DNA of 28,973 nucleotides from Prasinococcaceae sp. CCMP 1430 (taxonomy: Eukaryota > Plantae > Prasinodermophyta), in contig RQSC01000016.1 in assembly GCA_013416795.1 (NCBI GenBank), forward strand, positions 101,610-130,582, read 5' to 3'. The notes under the pieces are model-generated. The model was not told the DNA's origin. It saw nothing but the letters and a program-made list of their open reading frames with translations, and ran no database searches. Shown one piece after another: positions 28,925 through 28,973 of this stretch (within the stretch, counting starts at the first letter, position 1; each line of letters begins with the position of its first letter). The translations under genes and the position numbers were made by a program.

Positions 28925-28973
28925 ATGGCCACCGCCCGCCTCGCCTCGTCGCGCGCCGCCGCCGCGGCCGCGC
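28925..28973 (+). CDS. Possible start of the next gene (MATARLASSRAAAAA..., organellar transit peptide-like)
   Basis: ATG directly after a pyrimidine tract plus CAG (possible 3' splice site at 28923). Only 16 codons are visible. Confidence 0.35.
   Translation, partial: MATARLASSRAAAAAA

Noticed and set aside
5437-28932. Numerous overlapping 60-500 aa Arg/Ala/Pro-rich ORFs in alternative frames and antisense strands
   Set aside because: Typical shadow ORFs of high-GC coding DNA (few stop codons); no recognisable motifs.

Overview
Very GC-rich eukaryotic nuclear scaffold with two N gaps (18437-19236, 28307-28406), GT-AG introns and compact gene packing. TGTAA poly(A)-like signals, a plastid-type GIY-YIG-NFU and a plant-type RING family point to a green alga (inference). 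The first 5.4 kb is the unusual part. Two apparently identical inverted arms of at least 1899 bp (1-1899 and 3261-5159; position i pairs with 5160-i) each encode a 595-aa non-LTR-retrotransposon-type thumb/zinc-knuckle/restriction-like endonuclease ORF. This ORF has no intact RT core and starts with a J-domain-like HPD segment. The arms face each other tail-to-tail around a 1361-bp Ty3/Gypsy gag-protease-RT-start fragment, in which gag and pol are separated by a single in-frame UGA-CUA stop embedded in a hairpin. The rest is host sequence: an ABCC/MRP transporter, a PrsW-like membrane protein, a C2-like + histidine phosphatase, a low-complexity repeat protein, RPL29, two divergent RING proteins, GIY-YIG-NFU, an arylsulfatase and two gene fragments at the right end. 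No rRNA, tRNA or CRISPR array was seen.
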